Part shown: positions 19,290-29,999 of the stretch, piece after piece
Layout: each line of letters opens with the position of its first letter
Position numbering within the stretch: the first letter of the stretch is position 1
Assembly (NCBI RefSeq): GCF_036321535.1
Contig: NC_087462.1
Span: 5,704,001 to 5,768,000 of the forward strand
Length of the DNA: 64,000 bases
Source: Camelus dromedarius
Taxonomy: Eukaryota
Direction: 5' to 3'
Program-made: the position numbers and the translations under genes
Notes under the pieces: generated by a model
Databases searched by the model: none
What the model saw: the letters and a program-made list of their open reading frames with translations, nothing else
What the model was told of the DNA's origin: nothing

Positions 19290-19890
19290 ACTGTATTAAG
19301 CAGAGTTCTTTCTGTTTCAAGTTGTCAAAAACCCAATTCAAAGAGGTATGTGGGAAAAAAAATGAAATTAATGCTTGTGTAATCGAAAATTTCCATGGGT
19401 CCAGCTTCAGGCACAGTTGGATCCAGGGACTCAAAAGATGTCACTAGGACTTTGTAACAAAATCTCTCGGCTCCGATTTGTTCTGATGATGAGACTGTCC
19501 ATTGTTTCCCCCAAACACTATCACCTTCTTCTGTAGTAATAGAACCACTGATTTTTAGCTGACCACCCCCAGTAAAAAGCACATTTCCAGTCTCCCTTGC
19601 AGCAAAATGTGGTCATATGACTAAGTCTGGGCCAATGAGATGTAAAGGGGAAGGATGTGGGTAAATACCAGGTCCTGCCTCTTAAAGAGAAGTGATGTGT
19701 CCTCTCCTTCCCCCTTTTCTGCCTCTTGTTGGTTAGAATGAAGACATGGAATGGATCATCTTGGACTGGGTGGTTCATACCCTCTGAATAATAGCCACAA
19801 ACTGAAAGAATCATGGCTCTCTGAGACCAGGGAGCAGCCATATTTTATTGCTGCTACTTGGATTGTTACAAAAGCAAGAAATAAATGCCT
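19290..19890. mobile_element. ERVL/MaLR-type LTR fragments (MLT1-like, then LTR16/LTR33-like)
   Basis: CAGCTTCAGGCACAGTTGGATCCAGGGACTC and CCCTTGCAGC..GTGGTCATATGACTAAG..GGCCAATGAGATGT motifs. Confidence 0.55.
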
Positions 19891-19891
19891 A

Positions 19892-20006
19892 TTTTGGGGG
19901 GTAGGGGGTGGGGGAGGTAGCGCAGGTTTGTTTGTTTGTTTGTTTGTTTGTTTGATTTTAACGGAGGTACTGGGGATTGAACCCAGGATCTCAAGCACGC
20001 TAAGCA
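19892..20006 (-). mobile_element. 5'-truncated vic-1-like SINE with internal (GTTT)n
   Basis: GGAGGTACTGGGGATTGAACCCAGGATCTC core; A-box end missing; about 9 GTTT units at 19926-19963. Confidence 0.8.
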
Positions 20007-20399
20007 AATAATTGCTATCCTTACTTAGTGCTTACTATGTGCCAGGCGCGTCAGAACTTGACATAACCTATCTCATAATCCTCATAATAGACCTATGGAG
20101 GAGGCGTCATTATCATACCTATTTAATAAATGAAAAACAGATACTAGGGAGAATTAAGTAATTTAGATATAATAAGTACAGGGAATGCAAAAATACATAA
20201 ATAAATAAGCCGTTTAAAGGCCAGTGGGGAGTGTGGGGTGAGAGGTTTTCTATTTTAAGTAAGGTTATCAAGGAGAACGTCACTGAGAAGGTGACATTTA
20301 GTCAGAGGCCTGAATAAAGTCAAGGAGTGAGCCCTGCGGATATTTAGAGGAAGAGCCTTCCAGGTAGAGGGAACAGACAGTGCAGAAGCCCATGTGAGC

Positions 20400-20610
20400 T
20401 TCATCATCAGGCAATTTCTTCCCTCCTAATGGCCAAGATGTCTCTGGCTACGCCATCTACCTGCCTCATTACCCAACAGAAAATGGCATCCCTTTTCCTA
20501 GTAACTCCAGGGAAAGTCCCAGGATGGAAACTCACGGAATCAATTTGGGTCACATGCCCACCCTGAACCAATCACTGTGCTCCAGGGAATGGTGCTCTCT
20601 GATTGGCAGT
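20400..20610. mobile_element. MLT1-like LTR fragment
   Basis: GGGTCACATGCCCACCCTGAACCAATCACTGTG..CTGATTGGC motif. Confidence 0.55.
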
Positions 20611-20871
20611 CTGAAGCAGTGAGGTAGGTATTCATCGGTCCCCGAGGCATGTACCTCTATCCCCCCAGTTTAAGCTCAGCCCAAGCAAAAAGCTTTTATG
20701 GCTTGCTTTATACTTTCCAGATTATCAAAAGAACTGCACACTCTTTGTAAAATAAAATCCTGAGTATACAAATGTAAGCAGTAAACAACAATAACAACAA
20801 CAACTTTTTCCAAAAAATCACAAATGAAATCTCACACTCCAGAATATGTGTAATTTTACAAATACAGGCTC

Positions 20872-21110
20872 GGGGGGAGGATATGCTCAGTGGTTAGAGT
20901 ACATGTTTAGCATGCACGAGGTCCTGGGTTCAATCCTCAGAACCTCTGTTAAAACAACTAAATAAATAAACCTAATTACCTCCACCCCAAAAAACCCACA
21001 AACTAAATAAAATATTTGGGGTGGGTATAGCTCAGTGGTAGAGCACATGCACGAGGTCCTGGGTTCAATCTCCAGTACCTCCATTAAAAAAAAAAACTGA
21101 AAGAAACCAA
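20872..21110 (+). mobile_element. Tandem pair of vic-1-like SINEs within one 14-bp target-site duplication
   Basis: Heads at 20872 and 21018; ACAAATACAGGCTC at 20858-20871 and 21111-21124. Confidence 0.88.
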
Positions 21111-21440
21111 ACAAATACAGGCTCATTCACACACACCATCTGGCAACACTGCCTGGCATTTCACACTCAACTGCCACTCACTATTAGAAGTATTATTTTC
21201 CTACACAGACTGGGAAGAGATGTTGATCAGTATGATAATATCAGTACCTTACATTTTTGGAATGTTTGCTATGTGCCAAGCCAGGTTTTACAGATGAGAA
21301 AGCTGAAGTTCAGATAAGGTAAGTCACCTGTCTAGGGTCACACAGCAAGAAACTGTGTCTGCAGCAGAAAACAGAGCTGTTCCTGCCCCCTTCCCCCCAA
21401 GGGGCTTCAGAACCCTGGAGGGCCCCAGCCCTCTAGCCAG

Positions 21441-21580
21441 GCTGGGCGGCTGCCTCCCTCTTATCTCAGCCCAGGCTGCCTGCTGGTCCCACCCCCTCGG
21501 AGGAGCTTCCACTTGGAGGCGCCTGGCCGGGAAGGGCCTGGTCAGCTGTGTCCGGCGGAGGCAGCTGCTGACCCAGCTGT
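21441..21580 (+). promoter_or_regulatory. EPOR TATA-less proximal promoter: GC box, GATA site, three E-boxes
   Basis: GGGCGG near 21444, TTATCT (WGATAR on minus strand) 21461-21466, CAGCTG at 21543, 21562, 21574; fits the established GATA1/Sp1/TAL1 control of EPOR. Confidence 0.8.
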
Positions 21581-21662
21581 GGACTGTGCCAGGGGTGGAA
21601 GAAGGTGGGGCAGGAGTCCTGTGCCCCCACCCCCACCCCACCCCCGTGGCAGGGGCTGCATC

Positions 21663-24600
21663 ATGGATCACCTCAGGGCGTCCCTCTGTCCTGGAGTTGG
21701 CTCACTCTGCCTCCTGCTCGCTGGGGCCGCCTGGGCTCCCCCACCCAACCCACAGGATCCCAAATTTGAAAGCAAAGGTAAGGATGGAGCTGAATGTGGA
21801 CCCCCCCCCCGCACTGGGTCCTGGGGGGCATGACAGGTTCTGAACCTCCAGTCTGTTCTGGGAGCGAAGCTGGTGTCTGAACCCCTAGACTGGCACCTGA
21901 CATGGGAGACTGGGGTCTATGTTCTCAGACTGGGTTCTGGGGGAGAAGCTAGAGAGGGACATGAGTCCTCTTTTATCTTTTCAGGGAGCCTGGGACATGC
22001 TAAACCCTAAATGGGGCAGGGGTGGTGCTGAGTCCAGGCCCTGCAGTCTAGAGTCCTTGAGGGGAGGATACCTGGCCGACCCTACAGTGGGGGAAGGAAA
22101 ATAAACCCGGGTCCGTGTAGAGGGGCCAGGACTCAGGAGACTGTAAACATGGTTGTGTGCGGGCGCCAGATCCATGGGTCCGCCGGGTTGAGGGAGGGTG
22201 GCGGGGGGCACGGTTGGCGCTATCGGGCGGCCGGGAGCCTGCCGGGGCCGATAGGGGGCCCCTCCTCCTGCACACACTCACTCGTACGCCTGTCCAGGGC
22301 TTGGGCGGGGCCGGCAGTGGGTCGCGGAGGCCTTGAATGTTGCTCTCAGCTCAGCCCGTCGCGGGGTGGGCAGGAGCGGGGTGGGGGGCGGGACAGTGAG
22401 ACACGCAGCCTGAACTTGGGAGTTCGGGGGGCAACACTTCACCCTACCCTTCGAAGAGTACCGCCTGGGTAGAGAGCGGGGCGGGGCTTTTTTTCTTATC
22501 GGTTCGCACAGGCGGCAGGAGACACGGGAGGATGATGTTGCCCGAGAACCGGGCCCGGGTCCCCTGACCGCCCCCTTCCCCTGGCCCTCACCCCTAGCGG
22601 CCCTACTGGCAGCCCGCGGGCCCGAAGAGCTTCTGTGCTTCACGGAGCGGTTAGAGGACTTGGTGTGTTTCTGGGAGGAGTCGGCAAGAGCCGGGGTCGG
22701 TCCGGCTGACTACAATTTCTCCTACCAACTGGAGTGAGTCCGACGGGGCAGGTGGAGCGCCCCAAGGGTGGAGAGGGCGAGCGGGCCGGGCAGAGCTCCC
22801 CAGAGCCTGCACTTTGGGACATCTCCTGGTGCTAGGGGCAGGATCGCATCTCCGCTGCTGGTTCCTAGTGGGAAGCCTGCGGGGTCAGGGCAGACACGCC
22901 CACTAGTGGCCCGGGCTGGAACACTCCCGTGATTACTGGTGGAGCCCGACTTCAAACTTCAGGGCTGGGACATCACTGCTACAAATCAGGACTAAGGGAT
23001 CGCCTATGTAGGGGCTGCGATTCCCCTTGGTTGTATTGTCCAGAACGCATCCTCGGTCCTGGGCAATACCACCCATCTTGATCCCATCCCTCGCTGGTTC
23101 CTCGGCTAACAGGGGTGAGCCGTGGAAGTCGTGCCGCTTGCATCAGGCGCCCACGGCCCGCGGTTTGGTGCGTTTCTGGTGCTCGCTGCCTACAGCCGAT
23201 ACGTCGAGCTTCGTGCCCCTAGAGCTGCGCGTCATTGCGGCCTCCTCGGGAGCTCCACGCTATCACCGTATTATCCACATCAACGAAGTGGGTAAGTGCG
23301 TTGAGAATGGAGGAGTGATCGAAAGGGGGTCCCAGTCTCCGCCTACCTGAGTAACCCCTCTCCGCAGTGCTCCTAGACCCTCCCGCTGAACTGTTGGCGC
23401 GGCGAGCCGATGAGGGCGGCCACGTAGTACTGCGCTGGCTTCCGCCGCCTGGGGCACCCATGGCGAGTCTTATCCGCTACGAGGTGAACATCTCGGCACA
23501 GAACGCCGCAGGGGGCTCGCAGAGGGTGAGGCCCTAATTCTACTGCCTATCGCCAAAGGCTCGGGTCGACAGCCCCTCTAAGTCCCAACCAGACGGTCAC
23601 CACAGCCCCGCTCCCATGGCCTCGCCCTTCCACGTGCCGCCGAGGCAGCTCCACGTCCACCGACTTGTCCCCTTTCCCAATGTACCCCTTCCCCAGTCCA
23701 CCTGGACTCAGTCTCATCCCCTTGTCCCAAACCCTAGACCTCTCCAGAGCCCCGCCCCCTGTGTACTCTGGCCCCGCAAATAGCCCGAGTCCGCCCCCAG
23801 CTACCTGGGGCCCCGTCCTGATTGGCACTGAGCCTTCCCGGGCTCTGCTTCCTGCTTTTATTACCCGCCTCCCCATGCTTCGGCTAGATTCTTTCTTTCT
23901 GACTGGTTCCGTCCCTCAGGGCCCACCCACCACGTACCCTTCTTTGCCTACCACGCCTCTTACTCCGGCCTCGCTCCCAGGTGGAGATCCTCGATGGCCG
24001 CACTGAATGCGTGCTGAGCAACCTGCGCGGCGGAACGCGCTACACGTTCATGGTACGCGCGCGTATGGCCGAGCCGAGCTTCGGTGGCTTCTGGAGCGCC
24101 TGGTCCGAGCCTGCGTCGCTGCTGACCGCTAGTGGTGAGACCCCAGGCAGGGGTGTAGGAGGGGCTGGACCGAGCACGAGGCAAGCTCATCACCCTGACC
24201 TCTTCCCTGCTCCCCAGACTTGGACCCCCTCATCCTGACGCTCTCCCTCATCCTCGTGCTCATCCTGCTGCTGCTGGCCGTGCTCGCCCTGCTCTCCCAC
24301 CGCCGGTGAGCGCCCCATTCAGGCACCTGTCTTGGACTCCTCACCAACGTTCCCCTTTCCGTGTGGAAACTAGGCAGAAAGGGGCAGGCACTTGCTCAAG
24401 GTCACACGATGAGGAGTCAGTGGCAGGGCTAGGATGCAAGCCAGGTCAGACCCAGACTCTTAGTTAAAATCCTCCACTCTTGGGCATAATTTCACCTGGT
24501 TTTCCTCCTACCTCAGTGACTGCCCCTTCCTGGATTCCTTGGGAATCCAAGAATCTCTTCTTGGATTCTTGGATTCCTTTTTCCAATTTCATCAACTTCT

Positions 24601-26422
24601 GTAAAATCAACCAGATGGGCTTAATGGAACAATTTAACCCCAAGTGCCTCCTGCCCCTTTGTCAAGCTCCTCAGGCGCTTTATGATATGACCAGCAATTC
24701 TGAGGCTTTTGAAACTCCAAGTACATAGCATGTGGTTTCACACCCCCACCCTTGGCATATGCTGTTCTTTCTGCCTGGATTTTCCTTCCTACCATGTCTG
24801 CCAATCAGTCTCCTTGTTGTCTTTCAAGGCCCTGTTCATCTACTTGGTTGGAAAATACATATTAAGTGCCAACTATGTGCTAGGCACTGGGGAGAAAGTG
24901 TAGAGTAAACCAGACATGTCCCTGACCTTGTGGATCTCATAGTTGAGTCAGACAGATATACATAAGGGAACTTGCAGATATTTGATTGTAAATTGTGATG
25001 AGTGATATCACAGAAACAAATGGGGCATGGGGACATGAGAGGATAGTCAGGGAAAGCCTCTGGGAGGTGACATCATAGCAGAAACTTGAAGCCTGGAAGG
25101 AGGCAGCCACATGACAAGCAAGGAGGAGAAACAGCAAGTGCAAAGGCCCTGAGAACGGAATGAGCTTGGAACACTGAAGCAGCTGCAAGAAAAGTTATAT
25201 GGCTAGAGCAGAGTGTGTGAGGGGAAGTGGTGAATGATGAAATGAGGGAGGTGACAGGTCAGATCATGCAGGGTCTTCTGCAAGGCTGTGGGGAGGGGTT
25301 TAGATTTTATTCTGAATACATTGAGGAACCATAGAAAGGAGTGAAGAGAGAAGTAATAGACTTTTAGGCAAGCCTGATTCAGTTTTAGAGGGGACATAAA
25401 GCAGTGTATTTGAACTCCTATGCATCCTTCAAAACTCTGTTCCAGTTGCCCTTCTGTAGGGCTTTGCAGATGCTTTGGCAGAGCCCCTGTTCCTCAGCCC
25501 ATTCACTCCTCTGCCTCCACCACAGTCACGAGGGACTCAGTATCCACACCCAGTGACTGGTGCTGAGACGGGTACTGATGAATGTGCAAGGACACATGCC
25601 CAGGTACTCATTTCATTTGGCTTCACCAGGGCTCTGAAACAGAAGATCTGGCCTGGCATCCCAAGCCCTGAGAGCGAGTTTGAGGGCCTCTTCACCACCC
25701 ACAAGGGTAACTTCCAGGTAGGTGGCCCGGTTGTCCCCTCAGGGCCTGGGGGTTCCCTGCTCCTGTGGCTGAAGGCCCGGTCTCTGAGCAGGCTGCTGCT
25801 GTCTCCCCAGTTGTGGCTGTACCAGACTGACGGCTGTCTGTGGTGGAGCCCCTGCACCCCCTTCGCAGAGGACCCACCTGCCCCTCTGGAAGTCCTCTCT
25901 GAGCACTGCTGGGGGGTCACCCAGGTGGGGGAGCCAGGACCAGATGAAGAGGGGGCCCTCCTGGAACCTGTGGGCAGTCAGCATGCCCGAGACACCTACC
26001 TGGTGCTGGACAGATGGTTGCTGCCCCGGAGCCTGCCCAGTGAGGACCTCCCACGGCCTGGTGGCGGTTTGGACACAGCAGCCGTGGATGAAGCCTCAGA
26101 AGCATCCTCTTGCTCCTCCGCTTCGGCCCTGAAGCCTGGGCCAGAGGGGGCCTCGGCTGCCAGCTTTGAGTACACCATCCTGGATCCCAGCTCCCAGCTC
26201 TTGCGCCCAAGGGCACTGCCCACTGAGCTGCCCCCCACCCCACCCCACCTCAAGTACCTGTACCTCATGGTGTCTGACTCTGGCATCTCAACTGACTACA
26301 GCTCGGGGGGCTCCCAGGGAGCTCAGGGGGGCTCATCCAATGGCCTGTACTCCAACCCTTATGAGAACAGCCTCGTCCCAGCCTCCAAGCCTTCACCCCC
26401 GAACTATGTGGCCTGCTCCTAG
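21663..26422 (+). CDS. EPOR: Erythropoietin receptor, 8 exons, 509 aa
   Basis: Exons 21663-21777, 22598-22733, 23113-23291, 23368-23525, 23981-24134, 24218-24305, 25630-25717, 25811-26422 (1530 nt). Signal peptide [13 protein letters not shown] motif, [24 protein letters not shown], Box1 IWPGIPSP, cytoplasmic tyrosine motifs to NYVACS. Confidence 0.99.
24355..25480. mobile_element. MIR and L2 fragments in EPOR intron 6
   Basis: CTTGCTCAAGGTCACAC (MIR); GTGCCAACTATGTGCTAGGCACTGGG and GCAAAGGCCCTGAG (L2). Confidence 0.6.
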
Positions 26423-26760
26423 GACTCCAGTCCTCAGGTGCTTGGGGGACCCAGTGTGATCTCAAGTGCTACTGCAGACCCAAGATTTATCAGGCAGCGT
26501 CAGTGTGGCCTCCCTCAGGACTAGAGGCGTTGCTGACCTTGGCTTTCGGCTCAATTCATCCTACTCAAAAAGTCACAACCTTGCAGTTATTTTTACATGT
26601 ACAGTTTTCTATGTAGATATATATATAATATATATAAACACGTATAAGTTTTTCTGTCATGACTTCTATCAATACCCTGTAAGCCCCATCTTTTCCCTAG
26701 GCCCAGACCATAGGGGCAGCCAAAAAGGCCTTGAGTTCAGTCTGAAATTCTGATCTGGCC

Positions 26761-26799
<39 letters not shown>

Positions 26800-26820
26800 G
26801 TAATAATAATAATAATTATA
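26761..26820. repeat. (TAA)n microsatellite 3' of EPOR
   Basis: About 12-13 perfect units, GG interruption, then about 5 more. Confidence 0.95.
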
Positions 26821-26834
26821 ATAAAGTGAATTTA

Positions 26835-26990
26835 GGGGAAGCGTATAGCTCAGTGGTAGAGCATGTGCTCACCATGCACAAGGTCCTATATTCAATCCCC
26901 AGTACATCCATTAAAAAAAATTAATAAACCTAATTTCTCCCTCCCCCCAAAAGAAAGCTTTTAAAAAAAGAATGAAAAATAAATAAATAA
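26835..26990 (+). mobile_element. vic-1-like SINE downstream of EPOR
   Basis: GGGGAAGCGTATAGCTCAGTGGTAGAGC..TTCAATCCCCAG head, A-rich tail, imperfect TSD AATAAA(G/A)TGAATT. Confidence 0.85.
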
Positions 26991-27002
26991 AATAAAATGA
27001 AT

Positions 27003-28030
27003 TAGTCAGTATAAGTTATGCTAGCTGCCCTAACAAACAACTCCTGAATCTGAGTGACTTAACATAGTAAATGTTTTCCCTCATATCTCAATTGAAACAA
27101 GGTGACAGCTATCCCTGGGATGAGTCAGAAGGCCAGACTGTGGCTTTGCCCAGGGCAACTCTGGGGCCTTTAGATGGATAATCTGCATCTCGCCAACCAA
27201 CAAGCAAAGAGGGAGACAGCAGAAGATTCTGTGGGCCATTTTAGGGATCTAGCCTAGGGGTGAGTGCTCTCTCTTCACAAATTCTCCTGGCCAGAAATGG
27301 TCATAAGACCCTGGCTAGAGCTGTTGCCAATGATCAGGTTCTTGTCTCGTCGCAGAAAGAATTCAGAGACAAGACATAGAGGTTAAGAAAGTAAAATGGG
27401 GATTTATTAAAGGATAGATAGTACACTTGGGAGAGCAGGCAGGCTCAAGTGAGTGGCTGCCCTGAGTTTCTTTGGCAAGTTGGTTACATAGAGCGTAAAA
27501 ATGAATCAGCAGACTATTCACTGGGGAGGGAAGGGTTTGGGTTTGTATTCCCTGATTTTCATCCCAACTACACCTTCCCAAAGGGAAGATGGATTTTTAT
27601 CCTTATTTAGTTTGGATCGGAAGTGTCATGGCATCGGCGCATGATAGGTACTTCTTATCTGCAAAGCTAATTTTATTGTAATGAGGGCATAAGTTGCAAA
27701 AGGTTACATTCGGACACTAGAGATTCTTGCCTTTTCCCACCTTTCTTTGTTGGCCTCCAGGCCACTTGTCACCCCAAAATGTGTGGTTTCTTATCAGCCC
27801 AGAGGTTCCTCCTTTTCCTTCTCTGCCCAGGGACCCCTGTTGTTTACATGCTGTATGGTTTTCTGCATTTGGCCTGTGCTCCTCCATTTTTGCCCAATTC
27901 CTGCCATTTGGCCTGTGTCCTCCTTTCTCTGCTCATATCTAACTATCTGGCTCCTCTAACAGAACCATGGACAGCTGGGAAATGTAGTTTAGCTGTGCAC
28001 CCAGGAGAGAAAAGCTGTTTAATGAAACGC
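27003..28030. mobile_element. Old MLT1/MaLR-like LTR remnant split by the solo LTR
   Basis: GTTATGCT..TAACAAACAACTCCTGAATCTGAGTGACTTAAC before and GCTGGGAAATGTAGT after the insertion; family assigned from memory. Confidence 0.55.
27322..27961 (-). mobile_element. Solo LTR (ERV1-like), 640 bp
   Basis: TG..CA termini (TGTTAGAGG..GGCAACA on minus strand), AATAAA on minus at 27403-27408, 4-bp near-TSD GAGC/GAAC. Confidence 0.75.
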
Positions 28031-28078
28031 CAGCTAGTCCCTGCCACTAATAACAACAATAACATGCATTCATAAGGC

Positions 28079-28084
28079 TTTATT
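28079..28084 (-). terminator. Candidate SWSAP1 polyadenylation signal
   Basis: TTTATT on + (AATAAA on -) about 570 nt past the stop; position only, unconfirmed. Confidence 0.4.
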
Positions 28085-28149
28085 CTGAATCAGCCCTGTT
28101 CTAAGAAAGCACTCTGATGACACCGAATGTCATCAAGTGGCTAGAATTG

Positions 28150-28540
28150 GGAGTTTGGGTTTAACCATTTTTTTAAAGTTTCACATAACCTAGGAAAGCT
28201 GAACATATGAACATACCCAGCAATCCCACTTCTAGGTATCTACCCTAAAACCCCTCGAATACATGAACCAGGACATGTCTGCAAGAATGTTAATAGCAGT
28301 AAGTAAGCCAAACTGATGAGTAAATTGGGGTATAGTCACCCACGGAATTATATGCAGTAGGGAAAAAGGAGTGAGTGAAAAAAATGTGGCCCTATCTTAG
28401 TGACAATGCTGAGTAGGAGAAGAAGGAAGTCTAAGAAGATTACATTTATCATGAAACTCTTTTTATAAAGTTCAAAACAGCAAAATTAAACAACACATTG
28501 ACTGGGCACAATATGGATGTGAAAATGCTATGTTTACAAG
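28150..28540 (+). mobile_element. Old LINE-1 fragment
   Basis: CCCAGCAATCCCACTTCTAGGTATCTACCC and GACATGTCTGCAAGAATGTTAATAGCAG. Confidence 0.65.
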
Positions 28541-28649
28541 AGAAAAAAGCACTTTATAATCTTTAGGTCTTTGAATCTGCTCATGTCCCTGAGGTAGGTA
28601 TTCCAGTCATGGGAAACTGAGGCACAGAGAGCTTGTCACACACCAAAGC

Positions 28650-29999
28650 TCAAGGCTGGCCTCCAGAGCTTGAACCCTTGTCTGAGCTGGGGTCACTAGG
28701 CTGGTGGGGGCATGGGGTGATTGTCATCTCTCCATCTGGTCGGAAAGCCACCCACCACTCTGCCCTAGGGCCCCGCCCACCTGGCTCCAGGCAGGCTCGG
28801 AGGCAGTGCTCACCTGGGCCCAGTGCATCCGGCTGCAGCCAGCACTGGGCAGGGAAATACCTCTGGAGCAGCGCAAGCTGCAGGGCATCCCCACTGTCTC
28901 CCTCCTGGGTCTGGAGGGCCACAATGAGCCCACAGCCCCCGCCAGGCCCAACCTGGCTGAAGTGGGCAGCTGTGTCCAGAAGCAGGGCAGCCAGGTAGGC
29001 AGCTTCCTGGGTCCCGGGGTCTTCTGCTAGGTACTCCTCCAGGCCGTCGAGCAGCAGGAGAGAGGGGACTGGCCCCCGGGCCTCATGGGCAGAGCACAGG
29101 AACCGGAGGAGCTCACGGGTTGAGGGTGGGTACTGGAAGCGGATCTTCTACAGAGAGGAAAAAAGGAAAGGGTCAGATTCAGCACAGGAAGCCAGGCTCC
29201 CAGCTATAGACGGTTTGCTTCCTTGCATACTTTCCTGGACGAGGCTCTCACTCCCCAGGACGGTGATTCCAGAGTGAAGCTGTTCAGAGTAGTTGAATAC
29301 TATTCTGATCGCGCCTCTCCTTCCCCCTTCTTTTTAATACAGCGCTCACCACTGGCCGGTATTAGTTGAGAAAAGGTACGTCTTTGCCAAATCTCTAGGG
29401 CAGTCTTTCCACAGAAAACCCGCCCGTAGCGTCGGACCCTATCATTAACTCTGGCTGCCCAGAAACCAACTCCAACCAAGACAAGACCCAGATTTAGCCC
29501 CACCCCTTCCTCGCCCCTGACTCCACCCTTTTGGCACAGGCTTTTGCTAATTCCGCCCCATCATTGGGTAGTTTCTCACTCAATCTTAACAAAGCTTCGC
29601 ATGGTCCCACCCCCGACTCATTCCAGAATCTATCCCGTAAAGGCTGCTCTGGCTTGCCCCTCCTTCGTCTCCGCCATAGGTCGGCCTACCTGTTACTCCC
29701 CCATCCGCCCCGCTACTGGTTGGTCCGCCTCTGGTCCTGCCTCTCCCTACCTGTAGCCGCAGCGGTTCGAGAGGGGCTCTAGTCCCGCGGGGCAGGCTTT
29801 GCAAAGGCCTCCGGGTCAGGAAAAGGACTGGGCCTCGACCCTCCCCTGCCGCCTCCAGGGCCGATGCGAATAGCAGCGCTGTCTTTCCAGAGCCTGGGCC
29901 ACCGAGCAGCAGCAAAGGCGGTCCGACCTCAGTTGTGTTCCCCTCCCCGGTCCCAGCCGCGCTGCCTGAGCTGAGCACCCGCCTCAGCGTCTCCGCCAT
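28650..29999 (-). CDS. SWSAP1: SWIM-type zinc finger 7 associated protein 1 (RecA/RAD51-like ATPase of the Shu complex), 2 exons, 248 aa
   Basis: Exon 1 29999-29751 (MAETLRR..GGPGSGKT Walker A..PLRLQ), exon 2 29147-28650 (KIRFQYPP..LLQRYFPAQCWLQPD..GSSSGGQP); GT-AG intron. Confidence 0.96.

Noticed and set aside
20872-21080. tRNA-Ala-like sequences here and at about 1010-1085, 26835, 57120 and 63000
   Set aside because: They have A/B-box-like motifs but no proper acceptor stem, carry A-rich tails and TSDs, and diverge from each other: SINE heads, not tRNA genes
21513-21662. 50-codon in-frame N-terminal extension of EPOR
   Set aside because: Begins at a TTG at about the expected transcription start and would bury the signal peptide
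25475-25629. In-frame open stretch upstream of EPOR exon 7 as a cytoplasm-only isoform
   Set aside because: Starts at TTG with no in-frame ATG and no promoter evidence in repeat-rich intron 6
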